From positions 67,704,001 through 67,768,000 of the forward strand of contig OZ024743.1 of the NCBI GenBank assembly GCA_964016885.1: 64,000 nucleotides of DNA. Reading direction: 5' to 3'. The position numbers and the translations under genes were made by a program. The notes beneath the pieces are model-generated. The model ran no database searches. It was not told the DNA's origin and worked only from the letters and a program-made list of their open reading frames with translations. The DNA is from Eledone cirrhosa (taxonomy: Eukaryota). Below, piece after piece: positions 13,374-25,717 of the stretch (within the stretch, counting starts at the first letter, position 1; every line of letters starts with the position of its first letter).

Positions 13374-13410
<37 letters not shown>

Positions 13411-13492
13411 GAGATAAGCGGAGCAAGCAAGATTCAAACAATTTTTTAAAATAAATAAAAAGATATTATTTATATATTTACCTATTCCAATT

Positions 13493-13574
13493 GCTTTTAC
13501 CGAACGGTTCCATTTCACAAAAGATTGGAGATCCCTAGGGACTTCCAATGGAAAAGTTTAGATCATCAGAAAGC
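13493..13574 (-). ncRNA. Type-I hammerhead motif with extended stem II, inside a short insertion 13406-13598 in (TA)n
   Basis: gcttt-CTGATGA-t...attgga a gtccc ta gggat c tccaat...t-GAAA-tggaaccgttcgg-TA^aaagc. Stem I is perfect, stem III is a decayed palindrome. Confidence 0.6.
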
Positions 13575-13608
13575 GTTTTCCTCTCCTAGGACAAAAAGTA
13601 TATATATA

Positions 13609-13670
<62 letters not shown>

Positions 13671-13671
<1 letters not shown>

Positions 13672-14254
13672 CAGCGATGAATTAGTTTTGCGACGTTTTT
13701 GATATGAAATCGTGTGTCGAAACAAATATTGTTATACTTGGGGAGGGTCATATATACACAAGCACAATAACAACAAACACATATAAACATATAAAGATAG
13801 AATACATTAACCAATAATAGATAAAGATAGAATACATTAACCAATACACAGTCACCCAATCACGAACACACATCAAACAAAACACTATACACACACGCAA
13901 ACGCATGCGCAAAGAAGTCAAAATAAACAAATAAATAAATATATAAACAGACTAAATAAAGATGGCGTAGAAAATACAATGTAACGTGAGGAAACAATAG
14001 CACCACTGACGCTGTTGCAGATGTGCAACGAAAGAACTTAGATAAACTATATATATGTGTTTGTGTCTATATTGTATCTGTATTATTTTTGACCGCTGGT
14101 CAGTCAATCACTCAATCAACATTGAGGACCGAATAAATTAGATTACCGATATAAAAGACACAGAAGCGAAAAGCGAAAACCAACTAAACAGTGAGTGTGT
14201 TCTGTTATTAATTCTGGCAATATTACACAAATATGACCCTCCCCAAGTATAACA

Positions 14255-14256
<2 letters not shown>
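13671..14256 (+). mobile_element. Neptune-like PLE 3' end (pseudo-LTR) with inverted cap 13671-13753; HHR core at ~14000-14045
   Basis: Matches 12540-12815 and 10183-10258. Contains CTGACGC-t-gttgca gatg tgcaac-GAAA-gaac-TT. Confidence 0.85.
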
Positions 14257-14285
<29 letters not shown>

Positions 14286-14288
<3 letters not shown>

Positions 14289-14526
14289 GTAAAAGGAAAA
14301 GAAAATGCTGACAAATTGTTCCCAGTGAAAAATAATTTAATTAGGAATAAGTAAAAATTAGTAATAGAATTGGTTAGTAATTACTAATGCTTACTTATTC
14401 CTAATTACTAATTACTAATTTTTACTTATTCCTAATTAAACTATTTTTCACTGGGAACAATTTGTCAGCATTTTCTTTTCCTTTTACCAATATATCATAA
14501 CTCGTGTGTTACACCTCTATTATTTT
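14286..14526. mobile_element. Fold-back mini-insertion in (TA)n with scrambled centre and tail 14496-14526
   Basis: Near-perfect inverted arms 14286-14365 and 14411-14490. Confidence 0.8.
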
Positions 14527-14557
14527 ATATATATATATATTTATTTATATATATATA

Positions 14558-14619
<62 letters not shown>

Positions 14620-15232
14620 TGCTGAGACATAAGAGTCTGCAAATCATGGGAGTACTCAGTACATGGTCAGATGTAAAATGACGTTGGGTGTGGTTACCTG
14701 CTTACCCATGATTATTTACTTGCACTCTCAAAAAGATATTTCTATTATTCAAACTCAAACACCTGATATAACGTGTGCAATTACTGCTATCTGTTAAAAT
14801 GGTAGTTAAATCCATTAGTAATTAAAGTAATAATAACTTTATTAATTATCAAATCCCTAATAACTCCATAAAGTCAAACATTGATTTTAAATGAGAAAAT
14901 TATCTCAATATCTGATTTCATTTCTTTTCCCTCCTTATCCTGCATGTCATCTCGAAATACATGCAAGACTATAATTATTTCAACAGAAACATATGCATTG
15001 GATGAAGATATAATTAAACGAGTACTCCTTAGCACATGAGATACATAACATACAATTAAACACATTCACCTCTCGGCTATGGATCTGTAGTAAATACTGC
15101 AGCATGTGGAAACAGACGCAATATTTAATTATAAAATTTCAGCATGTAAACTGTACTTATATCAAAATAAATCCAATATATAATTTTTCAAATTATCGTC
15201 ATTATCTGTTCAAATGATAAGAAACATAAATG

Positions 15233-15276
<44 letters not shown>

Positions 15277-15566
15277 ATTTATAAATACACACATATATAT
15301 TTGCATACGTATACATACATATATATATATATATACACACAAATATTTATATATTATCCTCGTGCTGCTTGGTTCACTGGGTGCGTGATGCTCTAAAATG
15401 TTTAATTCAATTCTAACGAAGGTCGTCATGACACATATAGAGATTCGGTCAATAGCATTATTCAATATATACAGGTGGACCATTTTAAATATAAGAAGCG
15501 TATTTGTTTTTTTAGAAAAGAATAAATGTAATTATTCAATAAATAAATGTTTAATTATAGTTTAGT

Positions 15567-15789
15567 GGGGGGATTAGCAGTATCAGTAGAGGGTCGGCGA
15601 CATGCTTAACGGTTTAGAGATTCTGTATAGAGACTCGATGTTCTGGGTTCAAATCCTGTGGAGGTTAGCTTTGCCTTTCATCTTTAAGGGCTCGGTAAAA
15701 TAAAGTACCAGTAATGCACTCAGGTCTATTTATTTTACTTCCTCTTCCCTTAATATTGCTGACCTTGTGCCTAAATTAGAAACCATTAT
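15567..15789 (+). mobile_element. tRNA-derived SINE (family A)
   Basis: A-box-like tagcagtatcagtaga, B-box ggttcaaatcc, shared core tttgcctttcatc..ggtcgataaaataaagtaccag, end ccttgtgcctaaattagaaac. Confidence 0.8.
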
Positions 15790-16164
15790 ATTTTAAAATA
15801 GTTATGAGACTTTGGCGCTACCTTGTAGTTCTGTTGATTTTCATTCAGTTGTTCAGTCAGTGTTGACTTTATATATTTCAGCTCTGACTTTTGTAAAATA
15901 AAAGATTATTATTATTGAATTTAGGTTTTTCATAGTTGCACATGACCGTCTACTGCACTACGAGGTGCACCACTGTATTTTTACCTTTGTCAATCATTGT
16001 GTTTTGTGTAATGTCGGCGGGTGTTTGTATAGAACTGCCTGTAGTTCTTATTTATGTGGAGTTAGTTGTTGTTGTTTGTGGTTTTACTTAAATGTTTCAT
16101 CTGTTGGTTTGTAGAGTATGTTATTTCTTCTATTATTATTCAGAAAGTGTCTTGGTAGAATCGT

Positions 16165-16770
16165 TAGAATTTCTCATAAATGCTTCACAGCAATTACTTA
16201 CGGGCTCTCGTAACGTTATGAGTTCAAATCTGGCCGAGCTCATACTTGCTCTTCGGCGTTCTGGGGTTCGTTAAAATAAAGCACCAGTAATTCACTGGGG
16301 TAATAGCTGGCCTTGTGCCAAAAGTAAAATAAATTATTATCATTATTGAGTGCGGTGTATTCCCAGTATGAGCAGAGCGCCAGACAACCTGTTTAGCGAC
16401 GTAGAGTGTTGTCCCTTTACGTTATGAGTTCTAATCCCACCGAGGTTAAATTTGCCTTTCATCCTTACAGGGTCGATAAAATAAAGTAACAAACACGCAC
16501 TGGGGTCGATTTGATTGACTTTTCCCCTCCCCCCAAATTGCTGGCCTGGTGCTTATATAAGAAACCATTCTTATTATTGAGGGCGGGAATTGGCAGTATC
16601 GGTAGAGGGTTGGATGCCATGCTTTCTAGCATAGTTACGTCCCTTTACGGTCTGAGTTCAAATCCCGTCGAGGTTAACTTTGTCTTACATCCTTACAGTG
16701 TCGATAAAATAAAGTACCAGTAATGTACTTTGTAATTGCTGGCCTTGTGCTAAACGTAGAAACAATTATT
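16165..16770 (+). mobile_element. Three head-to-tail family A SINE copies (~16165-16340, 16350-16575, 16581-16770)
   Basis: B-box gagttcaaatc and the shared core occur three times, separated by short att tails. Confidence 0.8.
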
Positions 16771-17417
16771 AGACATGGACATTTGATGAAGCCAGCGTTC
16801 GTTTTTGTATTCACTTGCGTCACATATCTGCTACTCCGATTAATTATGAACGTCTAGGCGTTAGTATAAATGTAATTAAGGAACTGTAGGGTATAAACAG
16901 ATAAGATAATTAATTTTCTATATGGCATATTATTAGGAATTTAGTGCATGTGAAAGGTGTCGATCGTCTGAAACTATTAAATAATATTTAGTTATGGAAT
17001 TTTTAAAAATATAATAATCTTTGCCAAATAATTTAATAATTCATGCTGCCATAATTCATTTCGAAAATGGTTTTATCATGAATAGAATTTAATTTCAGAT
17101 CTTTCATTTATGTGAAAAACAGGGTTAAATAGAAATATTAATATTAAACTGAAATAATCTCTTTCGTTTTTGTTTTTGAATTTTGTCTGTCTTCCGGTTC
17201 ATTTATTGTTTTCTTTTGTCATTGGAAGAAAATATGGTGCCATAAAATATTCCGGATGAAACTGAGAATATATAGCTATTGTGATATAAAATTTTAATAT
17301 AAATTAATTTAATGTAATTGTAATATATTACAGAAACGTCAGAATTTTAGCCTAAATTGCTAAAACTACCATTTTGAATGGCTAGCAGGTTTTTAAATGT
17401 TTTCCGTTATGAGCTCT

Positions 17418-17520
17418 AAACTCATCTCTGTCTATTTGTGACCTGAAATATATATTTGATATATATATATATATATATATCAATATATATTTCAGGTCAC
17501 AAGTAGACAGAGATAAGTTT
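17418..17520. repeat. Palindrome with (TA)n at its centre
   Basis: aaactcatctctgtctatttgtgacctgaaatatatatt..(AT)n..aatatatatttcaggtcacaagtagacagagataagttt. Confidence 0.85.
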
Positions 17521-17666
17521 ATATATATATATATGAATGGAATATATGTATAGTATATTTGGCAATATACTGTATGTTTAATTAAAAACATTGAGAACAC
17601 AATACGCTATCGGTTTTAAAGTAGTGACTATGTCACTTACTTCTTTTCGGCGAAAGAAGGGAGAGA

Positions 17667-17708
17667 AGCTAACAGTCTGTTTCACGCTGGTTGGCGATCA
17701 ACAGAGCC
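17667..17708 (-). ncRNA. Degenerate minimal hammerhead motif (A6>U) enclosed by an outer stem 17644-17733
   Basis: ggct-CTGTTGA-t cgc caacca gcg t-GAAA-cagactg-TT^agct. Outer arms ttttcggcgaaag / cttccgccgaaaa. Confidence 0.55.
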
Positions 17709-17808
17709 ACCCATCTCCTGCTTCCGCCGAAAATTATAGAAGCTGCATTCTTATAGAATCCCAGTAATAATCAGGAGCTGTCTATACAGAGCGATTGCCG
17801 GTCCAGAA

Positions 17809-17844
<36 letters not shown>

Positions 17845-17845
<1 letters not shown>

Positions 17846-18050
17846 TTCTAACTTAGATACAAGAACAGCTAATTTTGGAAAGGGGAACATTGATTGAAAT
17901 TGCCTCAGTATTAGAGTTGTGTCCTAATTTTCATTCCCAGGATGAAAGGATATGTTGATCTCGGTGGGATTTCAACTAAAAATGGAAAGAACCAGAAAAT
18001 ATTCCGAAGCACCATTTTATTCAACGCCCTACCAACTCAGCAAACATAGC
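17845..18050 (-). mobile_element. Old family A SINE
   Basis: gatgaaagg..gttgatctcggtgggatttcaact is the reverse complement of B-box plus core. Confidence 0.6.
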
Positions 18051-18423
18051 ACCCTGTATTTTATGAAATGATAAAATACCTAGAACTTTGGAAGCAAGCG
18101 ATCTGTTTACTTGGTTGTTCTTATTGGTGTTTTCCCTTAGATAGACCTGTGTTCAGAGGCATTCTACTCATGTCAATGCCACATTATTATTTCCAGACCT
18201 ACTAAACCTAGAGCTACAAGATCAATGTTTTCTTTCATATTAAACACAGGAATGTTTGTCTGAGTGATATTTACCTGTTATTATTTTCATTTCAAACGAT
18301 CCTCAGAGGCTAAATTGTCACACTTTCGGAGATCAAATCTTGCCAGGCGCCATTCGTTTTATGCATCGTTCATCCTTGTACATATATTTGAAAAGGAAAG
18401 GTTCTATACAAAAGAGTGGTTAT

Positions 18424-18765
18424 AGAGAAAAGATGAGATGAAATGAAAATATATTTAAGAGTCTGTTTTGCTTTTTTTTTTTTTCCTTTACTTTGATTCG
18501 TCAAAGTGGCATTATTGAAAAAATGAGGGGGACAATTCTTTGAAAAATAAGAGTTTTATAATGTATTTAAAGTATATAAAGTAATACCGGTTTCGATGTA
18601 TTAGTAAAATTCGTCTTATCAAATGTTGAGTATTACAATTAAAAAGAATTGTCCCTGTCATTTTTTTCAATAATGCCACTTTGGCGAATTAAAGAAAAGG
18701 AAAAAAAAAAAGAAAAACAGACTCTTAAATATATTTTCAGTGCTATTTCCAATCTCATCTTCTCT
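18424..18765. repeat. ~120-bp imperfect inverted repeat with ~95-bp spacer (MITE/fold-back-like)
   Basis: gaaaatatatttaagagtctgtttt..caaagtggcattattgaaaaaatga..gggacaattcttt is mirrored at 18644-18739 and extends to gagaaaagatgagat / atctcatcttctctc. Confidence 0.8.
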
Positions 18766-18879
18766 CTCTCTCTCTCTCTGTCTCATTCTCTCTTTCTCGC
18801 TCTCTCTCTGTATATCTATTATATACACATACACACACACAGACACACACACACATATATATATATAATGGCATCATAA

Positions 18880-19078
18880 ATGGACCTGTTATTTTTCTTT
18901 AAAACATATTTTCCGATTCCACCGTGCCCGTCCCTTCAATCTTTCTAATATATCATTCTTTCTTCTGACGAAAGACTAGCGTTCCGAAACGTTAAGTCCC
19001 TCTACCTGCTATTTCGAGCGTTAAACAAATATATTCCTTCCATATACTGTACCGATTGTGTTGTTATTTCTGTTTACC

Positions 19079-19084
<6 letters not shown>
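18880..19084 (+). mobile_element. Short HHR-bearing repeat (family H1); HHR motif at 18961-18997
   Basis: Reverse-complement match to 24372-24576. tctt-CTGACGA-aagactagcgttcc-GAAA-cg-TT^aag. Confidence 0.65.
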
Positions 19085-19129
<45 letters not shown>

Positions 19130-19177
19130 ACACCACACCACACCACACCACACCACACCACACCACACCACACCACA

Positions 19178-19244
<67 letters not shown>
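19083..19244. repeat. (CA)n microsatellite with internal (CACCA)n
   Basis: Directly visible. Confidence 0.97.
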
Positions 19245-19248
<4 letters not shown>

Positions 19249-19562
19249 GACTCGTTGTCATATACGAGTCTTATTTGCGTCCCTTCCTCGCCCTGTTTAT
19301 CACGGGGTATTAATATATAGAATATGTACATTACCAAAGCCAACCAATGCATCGATAGAATATCGACAGAATTTCAGCTTCGTTTGAGAATCATTACAAC
19401 TTTTGCTGCCTTTGTTACACTTTCTGAGGGAGGTAACTACGGAAGTAGTCGTATTTCATTGCTTTACATGGATCTGATACACCAATCACTGCAAAATCAT
19501 ATACATCTATGTGATTCTAAGAAATTCATGAAGTTTTCTCTAAAATATAATGATTTATAATT

Positions 19563-19745
19563 GAGGCACAAGGCCACCAGATTGTGCGGAGCGGAAAGTT
19601 GATTATACCAATCCCAATACTTTACTGGTACTTTATTTTATTGACCTCGAAATAATGAAAGGCTAAATTGATTCCGGTGGTATTTGAACTCAAAAGGCAA
19701 ATAACATTTCTCCGCTGCTATAACGACACTGGCAATGCACACATC
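19563..19745 (-). mobile_element. Family A SINE
   Basis: ggcacaaggcca..tactggtactttattttattgacctcg..tgaaaggc..atttgaactc. Confidence 0.7.
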
Positions 19746-20654
19746 TTTTCCACTAAAATATTATTTTAAAAAATACAATAAGTTTCTTCCAACTTAATTT
19801 TGAAATGTTTTAGTAATATTCTTGTATATGTATGGCTCCAACATTAAATTTTGGCAGATCCCTTAAACCCTTTTCATAGTAAACCGCCACAAACTGTCTC
19901 AGTTTTCTATGATATAAAATTATCCATTTTAATATGTTTATATTTAAATTAATGTCTTCCAAGATAGCTTTATTTAAGAATAGTGAGTTGATATATGTTA
20001 CGATTACTATTGTAAAAATTACATCATAAATTTTAGTACCGTTGTTGTAAATACAATCTTAATTACGGCACACTGAATTAATTAACAAAAACAATCAAAT
20101 TTACAAGTTTAGTTAAACTCCTACAAGGTTGCATCTCATAGAATATTGCTCGGTTGTTTTAAAGAAAGGTAACTCAATCCTTTCAAGATGATCAACATGA
20201 AATTAAGTGTCTTGCTAATGATTGCAAAAGGTCACTCGCTCAAGAATTTAACCCACGAGCTTTTAGTTATGATTCCAACTCACTAGGCAATGCGCTGTTT
20301 CAGTTTATTGTAATACAGCGTATTTCTTTAGGAATAAAGCCACAAAACGTTAATAACAATTAGTATATGTTTATTCATTCCAGTTGGAAATAATCTCTCA
20401 ATTACTGAAACTGAAACCAAAGCAATACTTTTGATTCCCGTACACGTTACATTTCGTTAAAACTAAAATAACATTCCTCTTCTCCTATTCATAATTCATT
20501 GCAAATCTAAAACTTAGTATTGCATGTATGGGTGTATAGAGTGGTAGGGAAGATGTCGTATGATACACCGTGTTTTTGTCATTTTAAACTTCACAGAGAC
20601 CATTCCTTCTTCAGGCATGAACATAGCTGCTTTCTTCCAGAATGATAGAAAGGA

Positions 20655-20830
20655 ACTGAGATATAGAGGAAGAAGCGATCCCAGAATTGGACTGGCGCAG
20701 TTTTATCGATGAGGAAAGAATGAAAAGCAAAGTTGACTTTGGTGGGATTTGAACTCAGTGCACAGAGAGCCGGAGCGTATGACACGTCACATTCTAGCCA
20801 ACATTTTAACAACTCTGCAAATTCACAGAT
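20655..20830 (-). mobile_element. Family A SINE, diverged
   Basis: ttttatcgat..atgaaaagcaaagttgactttggtgggatttgaactcag. Confidence 0.65.
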
Positions 20831-21007
20831 TTAAAACCTTAGGATTTCATTAAGAAAATTTATCTTTTATCTCTGAGTGACAGTGAAATATATTGTTCTT
20901 GTTTGATCATGTTAGTAATCCCGCTAATGTAGAAGTCAGTAATAAAATAAAGAGAAAATATATACAACAAAAATAATATCCAATATGCCATTTCTTGTTT
21001 GAAACAA

Positions 21008-21300
21008 ACTACTACTACTACTACTACTACTTCAGCTGCTGCTATTACTACTACAACACCTACTAATAGCAGCACAATCCCTACTGCCGACACTACCAAA
21101 TCAACCACTATTACCACCACTAATAATACCACCAACCTAAATACAACCACCTCTACCACAACCAGCAATACTACCAACACTACCACCAACATCACCGATA
21201 TCATCACTACAAATACAACCCCTACCATTTCTACCAATAGCACATCAACCATACTACCACCATTACTATTACCACAGTTACCACCACTACTGCAGGCACT
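21008..21300. repeat. Degenerate (ACT/ACC)n trinucleotide low-complexity tract
   Basis: Directly visible; gives poly-Thr and poly-Val ORFs. Confidence 0.85.
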
Positions 21301-21681
21301 ATTATTAATACTTTAAGTACGATTAAATCAGCAAATGTTTCGAAATTTCAGAGGCCTGTAAACACGAGAAGGGAAACATTATTCTCCCATGCAAGAATGT
21401 GAGGCGTGGGGACAGTCATGGGAATATTGGTAAGGGTTGGATAAGGCATCACTCTATCAAATATTCTAGAGGAAGGGGGCGACGTTTTGAAATCCACTTT
21501 TCGGTCTTGATTTTAATATAGCGGGACTTCTTATACTGACATCAAAAACGTTTCCTAAATAAAACACAGAAACACCATCAAAAGTATCAGTATCGCAATC
21601 TGTCTGTATTTATATATATCTCACGCTCTCTCCCCCTTCTCTACGCCTTTCCCTTTCTCTCTCTCTCTATATATATATGTT

Positions 21682-21728
<47 letters not shown>

Positions 21729-21731
<3 letters not shown>

Positions 21732-21968
21732 CTTGACCGACCAGTCTGTCGGGCGCCAATGGGCGCCGCTGGTCACAGCACGTCGTGCTGTTTTAGCCAT
21801 AAGATAACGCCATTCCACTGGCTAGGCGGGCAGGCCGGTACTCATTTCTACAGCTGAGTAAACTGGAGCAACGTGAAATAAAGTGTCTTGCTCAAAGAAA
21901 CAACACATGACCCGGTCCGAGAATTGAACTCACAACCTTTCGATTGCAAGCCCAATGCTCTAACCACA
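21729..21968 (-). mobile_element. tRNA-derived CORE-like SINE (family B), tail in (TA)n
   Basis: Minus strand: gtggttagagcattgg (A box), gagttcaattc (B box), ttgagcaagacactttatttcac..ctcagctgtagaaatgagtacc. A degenerate relative lies at ~20198-20297. Confidence 0.7.
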
Positions 21969-21969
21969 T

Positions 21970-22121
21970 ACCAGAGTACTCGATATTAGGGTAGTAGAGT
22001 GGGTAATAGGAAAATAGTTAGGACCCTACGGCAAAGCTCAAGTCGTTTCCACAGCTATTTCTGGACCTAGAAATACTTGTCGAAACGGCTTCAGCTCTGC
22101 TGTCGGATTCCTGATTCTTTT

Positions 22122-22125
<4 letters not shown>
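21970..22125. mobile_element. Old fold-back mini-insertion of family H2 (tail 21970-22006)
   Basis: Diverged inverted arms 22007-22065 and 22066-22125, homologous to 25414-25629. Confidence 0.7.
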
Positions 22126-22158
<33 letters not shown>

Positions 22159-23194
22159 TAGTAGCATCACCTAACCGCGTTGCTCCAGCGAGTGATGACT
22201 CAATCGGTGGATAATATCTTGGAAACGTATAAGTGTTCAGCATAAATGTAATATTTAAAACGCAACAATTATATGAATTGTAATAGAAATACACTGTTCA
22301 AAATAATATTAATATATATTCGTTTGATTGTATATTTTCATTTCGAGGGATTCTTGAAATTTAACCATAATATATTTCCAATTTGGAAACCGTAAAAGGG
22401 TTTATTTTTGTAAATAAAATGAAAACTTTTTTCAGAACATAGATTACTTCAGCACAGATTGATGCTTTTCATCATGTAAAGCATCAATTATGACGTTGTA
22501 ATTATTGGAGATTATCCGTCAAATATTTTGATTTTATTTGTAATTAACGTTAGAAAGCATGGTTATTAACTCACCGAGTATATAGGACGTTAATAGAATA
22601 GAGTTTTAAAAAATTAACATCAAATACACAATACACAATTTACTTTCCTGTAAAGTTATAGCATTGTATATTTCCCAATAATGGATTTGAACAATTATTA
22701 AAGTGTATGCTTTATCAGCAATTTGTATGAAAACAACTCATAAAACATTAACATTTTGTCTATGAAAAAGTTTTCCGCATTTTTCTAACAAAACGTCTTT
22801 CACATTGATGTTAATAATTCTAATTCTTTTCTATTAACGATCAATAAACACGGATGGTTAATAAAACTCCTTTCTGACGTTACTTACAATATATGCAGTT
22901 CGGAATTCATCGAATTTGACAGTTAGATAGTGCAGAAATATTGAATGGAAAAGGTTCTACCCAAATGTAACAGGTGAATGAATTTCTAAAACTTTTCAAC
23001 AGCGTGTGAGATAACTTATAATGAAATGGCACCCTAAATGTATTAATTCAGTAAAAAAAGGCAATAAGGATTACGTCGTTAAACACTACACGAAATTGAA
23101 AATAAATAAGTATGTAAAATGCAAACAGAAATAACACAACAAACGGCACAGTATAAAATATATTCGTTTAAGGCTTGAAATAGAAAGAAGAGAG

Positions 23195-23230
23195 TCTTAA
23201 TGTTTCAGAAACTAGTCTTTCATCAGAAAT
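23195..23230 (-). ncRNA. Degenerate family H1 hammerhead motif
   Basis: attt-CTGATGA-aagactagtttct-GAAA-ca-TT^aaga. Confidence 0.45.
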
Positions 23231-23365
23231 AGAAGATAAATAGAAGATAAATAGAAGGTAAAGAGTGATAAGAAAAAGGAACGAGGAAAAATGAGAAGGG
23301 AAAGGTGTACATATATTTATATACAAAATAAATAGTACCATTGATTAATTCTCTTGCGACGATTT

Positions 23366-23478
23366 GATTATTATGAAGTTATTTGATGATTATTATGAAG
23401 TTATTTAAACATTTCATGATTATTATGAAGTTATTTAAACATTTCATGATTATTATGAAGTTATTCAATCATTTCATT
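23366..23478 (+). repeat. Minisatellite, ~30-bp unit tgattattatgaagttatttaaacatttca
   Basis: About 4 copies, the first shortened to 20 bp. Confidence 0.85.
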
Positions 23479-23960
23479 CTCAATAGGTAATTATCTAACT
23501 ACAAAAGAAACAGAATTGTTCCTCTATATTTACTGAAAAACCGACCATCCTTTCCTCCAACCATACAAACAGACGAACAAAAGCACGCCCACAAGCACAT
23601 ACATACACACACACATAAGCACACGTACACACACACACTATCTCTCTGGTGTACAAATGTTTAATTATGCACCTTATCCTCCGGGGTGCATAATTAAACA
23701 TCTGTACAACAGCTATGCCTCTTAGATCCTGCCTGACTAAATAGTTGTACATTGGCACCCATAAAATAGTAGTGGAGAATAATCATCATATGAACGGATA
23801 ATAAGCCATTTAGGGACACTTATTCAAACACCGGTCAGAGTTACTCCCCTTGCTCTGTGATGTAAACGGCCATGTGTGTTTGAGTCAAACATGAACTAGA
23901 TGTGGTTATGATCTTAAAACCCATTCTGGGTTCTGTATTGAACACTCTCTAGATTTGTAT

Positions 23961-24001
23961 GCCCCTGAGAAGCCCTTTTCGGGCGAAACGTACGTAGGTG
24001 C
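23961..24001 (+). ncRNA. Minimal type-I hammerhead motif (G8>A), 55 bp upstream of a (TA)n tract
   Basis: gccc-CTGAGAA-gccc ttttc gggc-GAAA-cgtacg-TA^ggtgc. Palindromic stem III ACGTACGT. Confidence 0.65.
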
Positions 24002-24052
24002 TTATTGTATAAACATATTCTAACTGCCTGTATTCTCTTTCTTAATTCTTTC

Positions 24053-24115
<63 letters not shown>

Positions 24116-24127
24116 TATATATATATA

Positions 24128-24350
24128 GTCCAGCAGTCGAAAGCGGTGGGAGGGACCGTCCTGACGAAGGCCAGTTAAGCCTGAAATGCATACACGGTTG
24201 TCCCCCTTGCTTCTGCTGGACATCACCGGAGGGCGTTAGCCTCCCGGTGTTTGCATAGCTACGGCTTCCTAAAAGTGTATCTCTTTGGAGATACGAAATA
24301 TTTATACATATTGTATAAAGCTATGCTTGAAGCGAAATCCTATTTCTTTT
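24128..24350 (+). mobile_element. Short, highly structured HHR-bearing insertion in (TA)n (family H3)
   Basis: Outer stem gtccagcag/ctgctggac (24128-24221) around the HHR, then three more hairpins. Homolog at 40790-41023. Confidence 0.8.
24155..24198 (+). ncRNA. Minimal type-I hammerhead ribozyme motif with intact core
   Basis: accgtc-CTGACGA-aggc cagttaa gcct-GAAA-tgca-TA^cacggt. Stem III palindrome ATGCAT; the 40.8-kb copy has the pairing G at position 1.1. Confidence 0.8.
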
Positions 24351-24457
24351 ATATATATATATGAATGTATGTAAAATGTAAACAGAAATAACAACACAAT
24401 CGGTACAGTATATGGAAGGTATATATTAGGTTAACGCTTGATATAGAAGGAAGGGGT

Positions 24458-24493
24458 TCTTAACGTTTCGGACACTAGTCCTTCATCAGAAGA
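24458..24493 (-). ncRNA. Minimal type-I hammerhead motif (family H1, best copy) within repeat 24372-24576
   Basis: tctt-CTGATGA-a-ggac tagt gtcc-GAAA-cg-TT^aaga. Stem III palindrome ACGT, extra A after A9. Confidence 0.75.
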
Positions 24494-24727
24494 GAGAATG
24501 AGAAATAAAATAGATTGAGGGGACGGACGGGATAGAATTGGAAAAAATGTCTTTAGATAAAAAAAAAAGGTCCATTCATCCAAGTGATGTAGACAGACGT
24601 AAGAATGAATATTCAATATTGAAGTAGATTTCAATAGCCTATATTATGGAGCAGGATCTTGTTACTCTGGAGCCCGACTACTCATGGAATTATTACACAG
24701 GACATAGAAAGTGTACAGATATGAAGC

Positions 24728-25085
<358 letters not shown>

Positions 25086-25374
25086 TAGAAAAGATGTTAC
25101 GAGCAAATAAGATGGTTCAATGACATAAACTCGTATTAGTTTCATGCTTAAAAAAAGAGAGTAAGAAACAAGGTCAATGAATTGGGGATTTTCCCTTCAC
25201 CATGAAAAACACCGTTCAGAGTGTAGAAAAAGACAGAATTTAAGAGATAAAACAGAAAGAAAAAAATAATAATAATTAACAAAAAAAAATATAAAGAAAA
25301 TACAAAGGAGGGGGTAGGTGTAGTGATGGTTTGAGCAACGATCCTGCGAGCCATATTGGGAGTCGAAGGGGGAG

Positions 25375-25413
<39 letters not shown>

Positions 25414-25417
<4 letters not shown>

Positions 25418-25628
25418 AACGAGTAGGACCCCGACGGCTGAGCTCAAGCCGTTTCGACGGCTAATTCTGGAATCCTAATTCTGGACTTCTGAGTCCAGAA
25501 TTAGCCGTCGAAACGGCTTAAGCTCAGCCGTCGGGGTCCTACTCGTTCCTATTACCCACTCTACTAACCTAAGTATTGAGTACTTTGGTGCGTTATGGTC
25601 CACCTGGTTCCTTACCACATTTCCTTCG

Positions 25629-25629
<1 letters not shown>
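25414..25629. mobile_element. Fold-back mini-insertion, family H2; arms carry the 3' half of a hammerhead
   Basis: Arms 25414-25474 and 25491-25551, duplicated ctaattctgga in the centre, tail 25552-25629. GAAA-cggct taagctc agccg-TC^ggggtc. Confidence 0.8.

Positions 25630-25717
<88 letters not shown>

Noticed and set aside
15567-16770. tRNA genes
   Set aside because: A and B boxes belong to SINE heads with a shared body and tail; no full cloverleaf.
20860-21316. Mucin-like poly-Thr ORF or hydrophobic poly-Val ORF
   Set aside because: Degenerate trinucleotide repeat with no supportable splice context or domain.
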